Position numbers and translations under genes: made by a program
Sequence record: MT446422.1
Direction: 5' to 3' (one strand)
Length of the DNA: 64,000 nt
Origin: Escherichia virus TH57
Notes under the pieces: generated by a model
What the model was told of the DNA's origin: nothing
Databases searched by the model: none
What the model saw: the letters and a program-made list of their open reading frames with translations, nothing else
Shown: one piece after another, positions 62,353 through 64,000 of the stretch
Numbering within the stretch: the first letter of the stretch is position 1
How the letters are laid out: every line of letters begins with the position of its first letter

Positions 62353-63002
62353 CGTGTACGCCCGAGCGTACGACCTGCTTGCCCACACATAGCAGAAAGC
62401 CTATCAAAACTAAGGTCGGGTTTTTGCTTATACCAGTACAGCGAGACTGTACCTGCATAAACGTTTTCCAAATTAAAGAATGGGCAGCTGAACATATATT
62501 CGAAGCTGCTTTTTTTCTTTGTTGGTAAGAATACAGATTCCGTGCCGGATTCAAAATAATTACCATTAACCCCCGCCAAATATTCCGCTGAAGTTTTATC
62601 TATTGGAAACCCACCCAAGTTTTTTTCGTCGACTGTATCAGGTAATATCCCCTCATAACCCACCATATCCACGAAGTAGTTAAGGTTAGTTGGTCTAAAA
62701 GAATATATTGCTGTAAAGTCTGCCCCACTTGATGAGTGAACTATCTGGATTTGCTCGATAGCTGCAATTTTAAATCTGTTATCCTGGTCTTGCCTTATCA
62801 TTTCTGTGTACGAGGCATATGAAGCATCCCTATACGCATCTAAAATTGCATCACCTTTATACCAGATTACCGCCATTAAAAATAATAGAACAATAACTAG
62901 TACCCGGGAAAAAACAACTTTCCCGGTTGCATTATCTTTAAAAATTCTATCAAGAAGTCCAAAAAGTAGGTCGGGTATTGAGATTCCTACTTTTGGTTCC
63001 AT
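62349..63002 (-). CDS. t: holin T
   Basis: 217 aa; N-terminal LLFGLLDRIFKDNATGKV and TM segment match recalled T4 holin; stop overlaps asiA stop. Confidence 0.9.
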   Translation of the reverse strand: MEPKVGISIPDLLFGLLDRIFKDNATGKVVFSRVLVIVLLFLMAVIWYKGDAILDAYRDASYASYTEMIRQDQDNRFKIAAIEQIQIVHSSSGADFTAIYSFRPTNLNYFVDMVGYEGILPDTVDEKNLGGFPIDKTSAEYLAGVNGNYFESGTESVFLPTKKKSSFEYMFSCPFFNLENVYAGTVSLYWYKQKPDLSFDRLSAMCGQAGRTLGRTR

Positions 63003-63020
63003 ACTTTTCTCCTTTAAAGA

Positions 63021-63028
63021 TATTTATA
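63021..63028 (-). promoter_or_regulatory. late promoter TATAAATA for gene t
   Basis: TATAAATA on minus strand about 18 nt upstream of the t ATG, with AAAGGAG SD. Confidence 0.6.
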
Positions 63029-63042
63029 ATGCTTTTGCGTTA

Positions 63043-63588
63043 TTATTTTTTAAACAATCCTTTGAAGAATGATTTTTTCTCTTTCTCTGGCCAAGCCGGG
63101 AATTCACCACCAAGGTGTTCGTGTTTTTCTAAAAGAGCAAAGAAACGTTTAAGATTCTGGTGATAGAATTTTTCTTTCTTATCGGCGACTGAGGCTTCAA
63201 CCATATTACTTAATACCTGGAATTCTTTATACAAATCGTCAATTTTTCGATTACGAATTAAAACGCGTTTATAGGTTTCGTCTTCTTTCCAGCCATCGTC
63301 GGTCCACACATCAAATTCACCAGGCTCGTCAAAAGATATACCGACTGGGCTTCCTATGTCATTTATTAAGATTTCTTCTTTATTAAAAGTCCATGCACGT
63401 TTGCCTCGATGGTCTTCTTCATAAATCCAATCTTGAACGCGTTCATCAAATACAACGGCGAAACCTTCTTTAGGTTCCAATGGTTCCTTTGTGGTTGAGT
63501 GAGCCGGGAGACCAAGACCTTTAATGGGTTTATAATTTTCTTCTTTGTAAAATTCTTTTGTGTCAAAATAAAAATGATAAATTTTCAT
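63043..63588 (-). CDS. 38: tail fibre assembly protein gp38 (T4-type)
   Basis: 181 aa from MKIYHFYFDTKEFYKEENYKP, near-identical to recalled T4 gp38 (track ORF starts at upstream TTG). Confidence 0.9.
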   Translation of the reverse strand: MKIYHFYFDTKEFYKEENYKPIKGLGLPAHSTTKEPLEPKEGFAVVFDERVQDWIYEEDHRGKRAWTFNKEEILINDIGSPVGISFDEPGEFDVWTDDGWKEDETYKRVLIRNRKIDDLYKEFQVLSNMVEASVADKKEKFYHQNLKRFFALLEKHEHLGGEFPAWPEKEKKSFFKGLFKK

Positions 63589-63592
63589 ATTC

Positions 63593-63615
63593 AAAAGGGG
63601 CCGAAGCCCCCTCTC
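63593..63615 (-). terminator. terminator-like hairpin between 37 and 38
   Basis: minus-strand GGGGGC-TTCG-GCCCC followed by TTTT. Confidence 0.5.
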
Positions 63616-63616
63616 C

Positions 63617-64000
63617 TTATGCTAAACGAACGATATAGTTAAAAGCAATGTTTTTAACCGTGTTTTCTGTATTACCTGTACTATTTACAGTGATAGTATG
63701 ACCGTGCGAACCAATTGCTACCGAGTGGGTATGAGCACCAATACCTACAGTATGTGTATGGGCACCAATACCTACAGTATGCGCGTGGTTACCTGTGGTA
63801 CTTGTGGTTCCTGACCAAGAGTGGGTATGAGCACCATCATTTGATGTTTTACCAATAGAGCTACTAATACCGATAACACTGGTTGAATTAAATCCAGTCA
63901 TACCAGACGAGGCAGATACTGAATTAACACCGTCTGGAAATAACCCGTTTGGATTATTTCCACTCGAATATCTAGGACCTGAACGAGCGTGCTGGTGAGC
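63617..64000 (-). CDS. 37: long tail fibre distal subunit gp37, C-terminal part (partial)
   Basis: frame stays open to the window edge; ends NIAFNYIVRLA like T4 gp37; His-box repeats GAHTH. Confidence 0.85.
   Translation of the reverse strand, partial: AHQHARSGPRYSSGNNPNGLFPDGVNSVSASSGMTGFNSTSVIGISSSIGKTSNDGAHTHSWSGTTSTTGNHAHTVGIGAHTHTVGIGAHTHSVAIGSHGHTITVNSTGNTENTVKNIAFNYIVRLA
63735..63788 (-). repeat. 27-bp tandem repeat (2 units) encoding the gp37 His-box motif
   Basis: GCACCAATACCTACAGTATG core repeated; encodes two copies of TVGIGAHTH. Confidence 0.8.

Noticed and set aside
1-64000. tRNA genes, rRNA, CRISPR arrays, integrase or transposase genes
   Set aside because: No cloverleaf-like conserved tRNA segments, spacer-repeat arrays or recombinase ORFs were recognised by eye; the T4 tRNA cluster lies beyond the tk side of this window. 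A tRNAscan or Infernal run would be needed to exclude small RNAs.

Overview
This window is a T4-like (Tevenvirinae) myophage genome segment, read in reverse orientation relative to the T4 map. Early and middle genes tile the + strand almost without gaps: tk, rI, an nrdC-proximal block of small ORFs, nrdC, 49, nrdD, nrdG, 55, 47, 46, rpbA, 45, 44, 62, regA, 43, imm, uvsX, 40, 41, dmd, sp, 61, 56, soc, modB/modA-like, srd-like, dda, dexA, motB-like, 39, rIIA, rIIB, ndd, stp, ac, 52, motA and asiA. The late genes t (holin), 38 and the 3' end of 37 lie on the - strand at the right edge. Core gene calls rest on recalled similarity to T4 proteins plus conserved synteny; no database search was run, so names for small ORFs are positional guesses. 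No tRNA, rRNA, CRISPR array, group I intron or homing endonuclease was recognised. The most striking sequence-level feature is a family of at least 16 near-identical early-promoter cassettes, often with an upstream TTCG-loop terminator hairpin and one of two conserved leader types, in front of accessory ORFs; they resemble the PeSL cassettes described for T4-type phages. Departures from the T4 layout that deserve follow-up: no gene 42 or beta-gt between imm and uvsX (a lipoprotein gene sits there), no alpha-gt between 55 and 47, a tandem Dmd-like antitoxin pair, an opposite-strand small membrane ORF between 61 and 56, late-promoter-driven small ORFs on the early strand, and a 40-bp tandem duplication at the dexA start. 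I found no single clearly novel multi-gene system; the candidates below are ranked by how unexplained they are.
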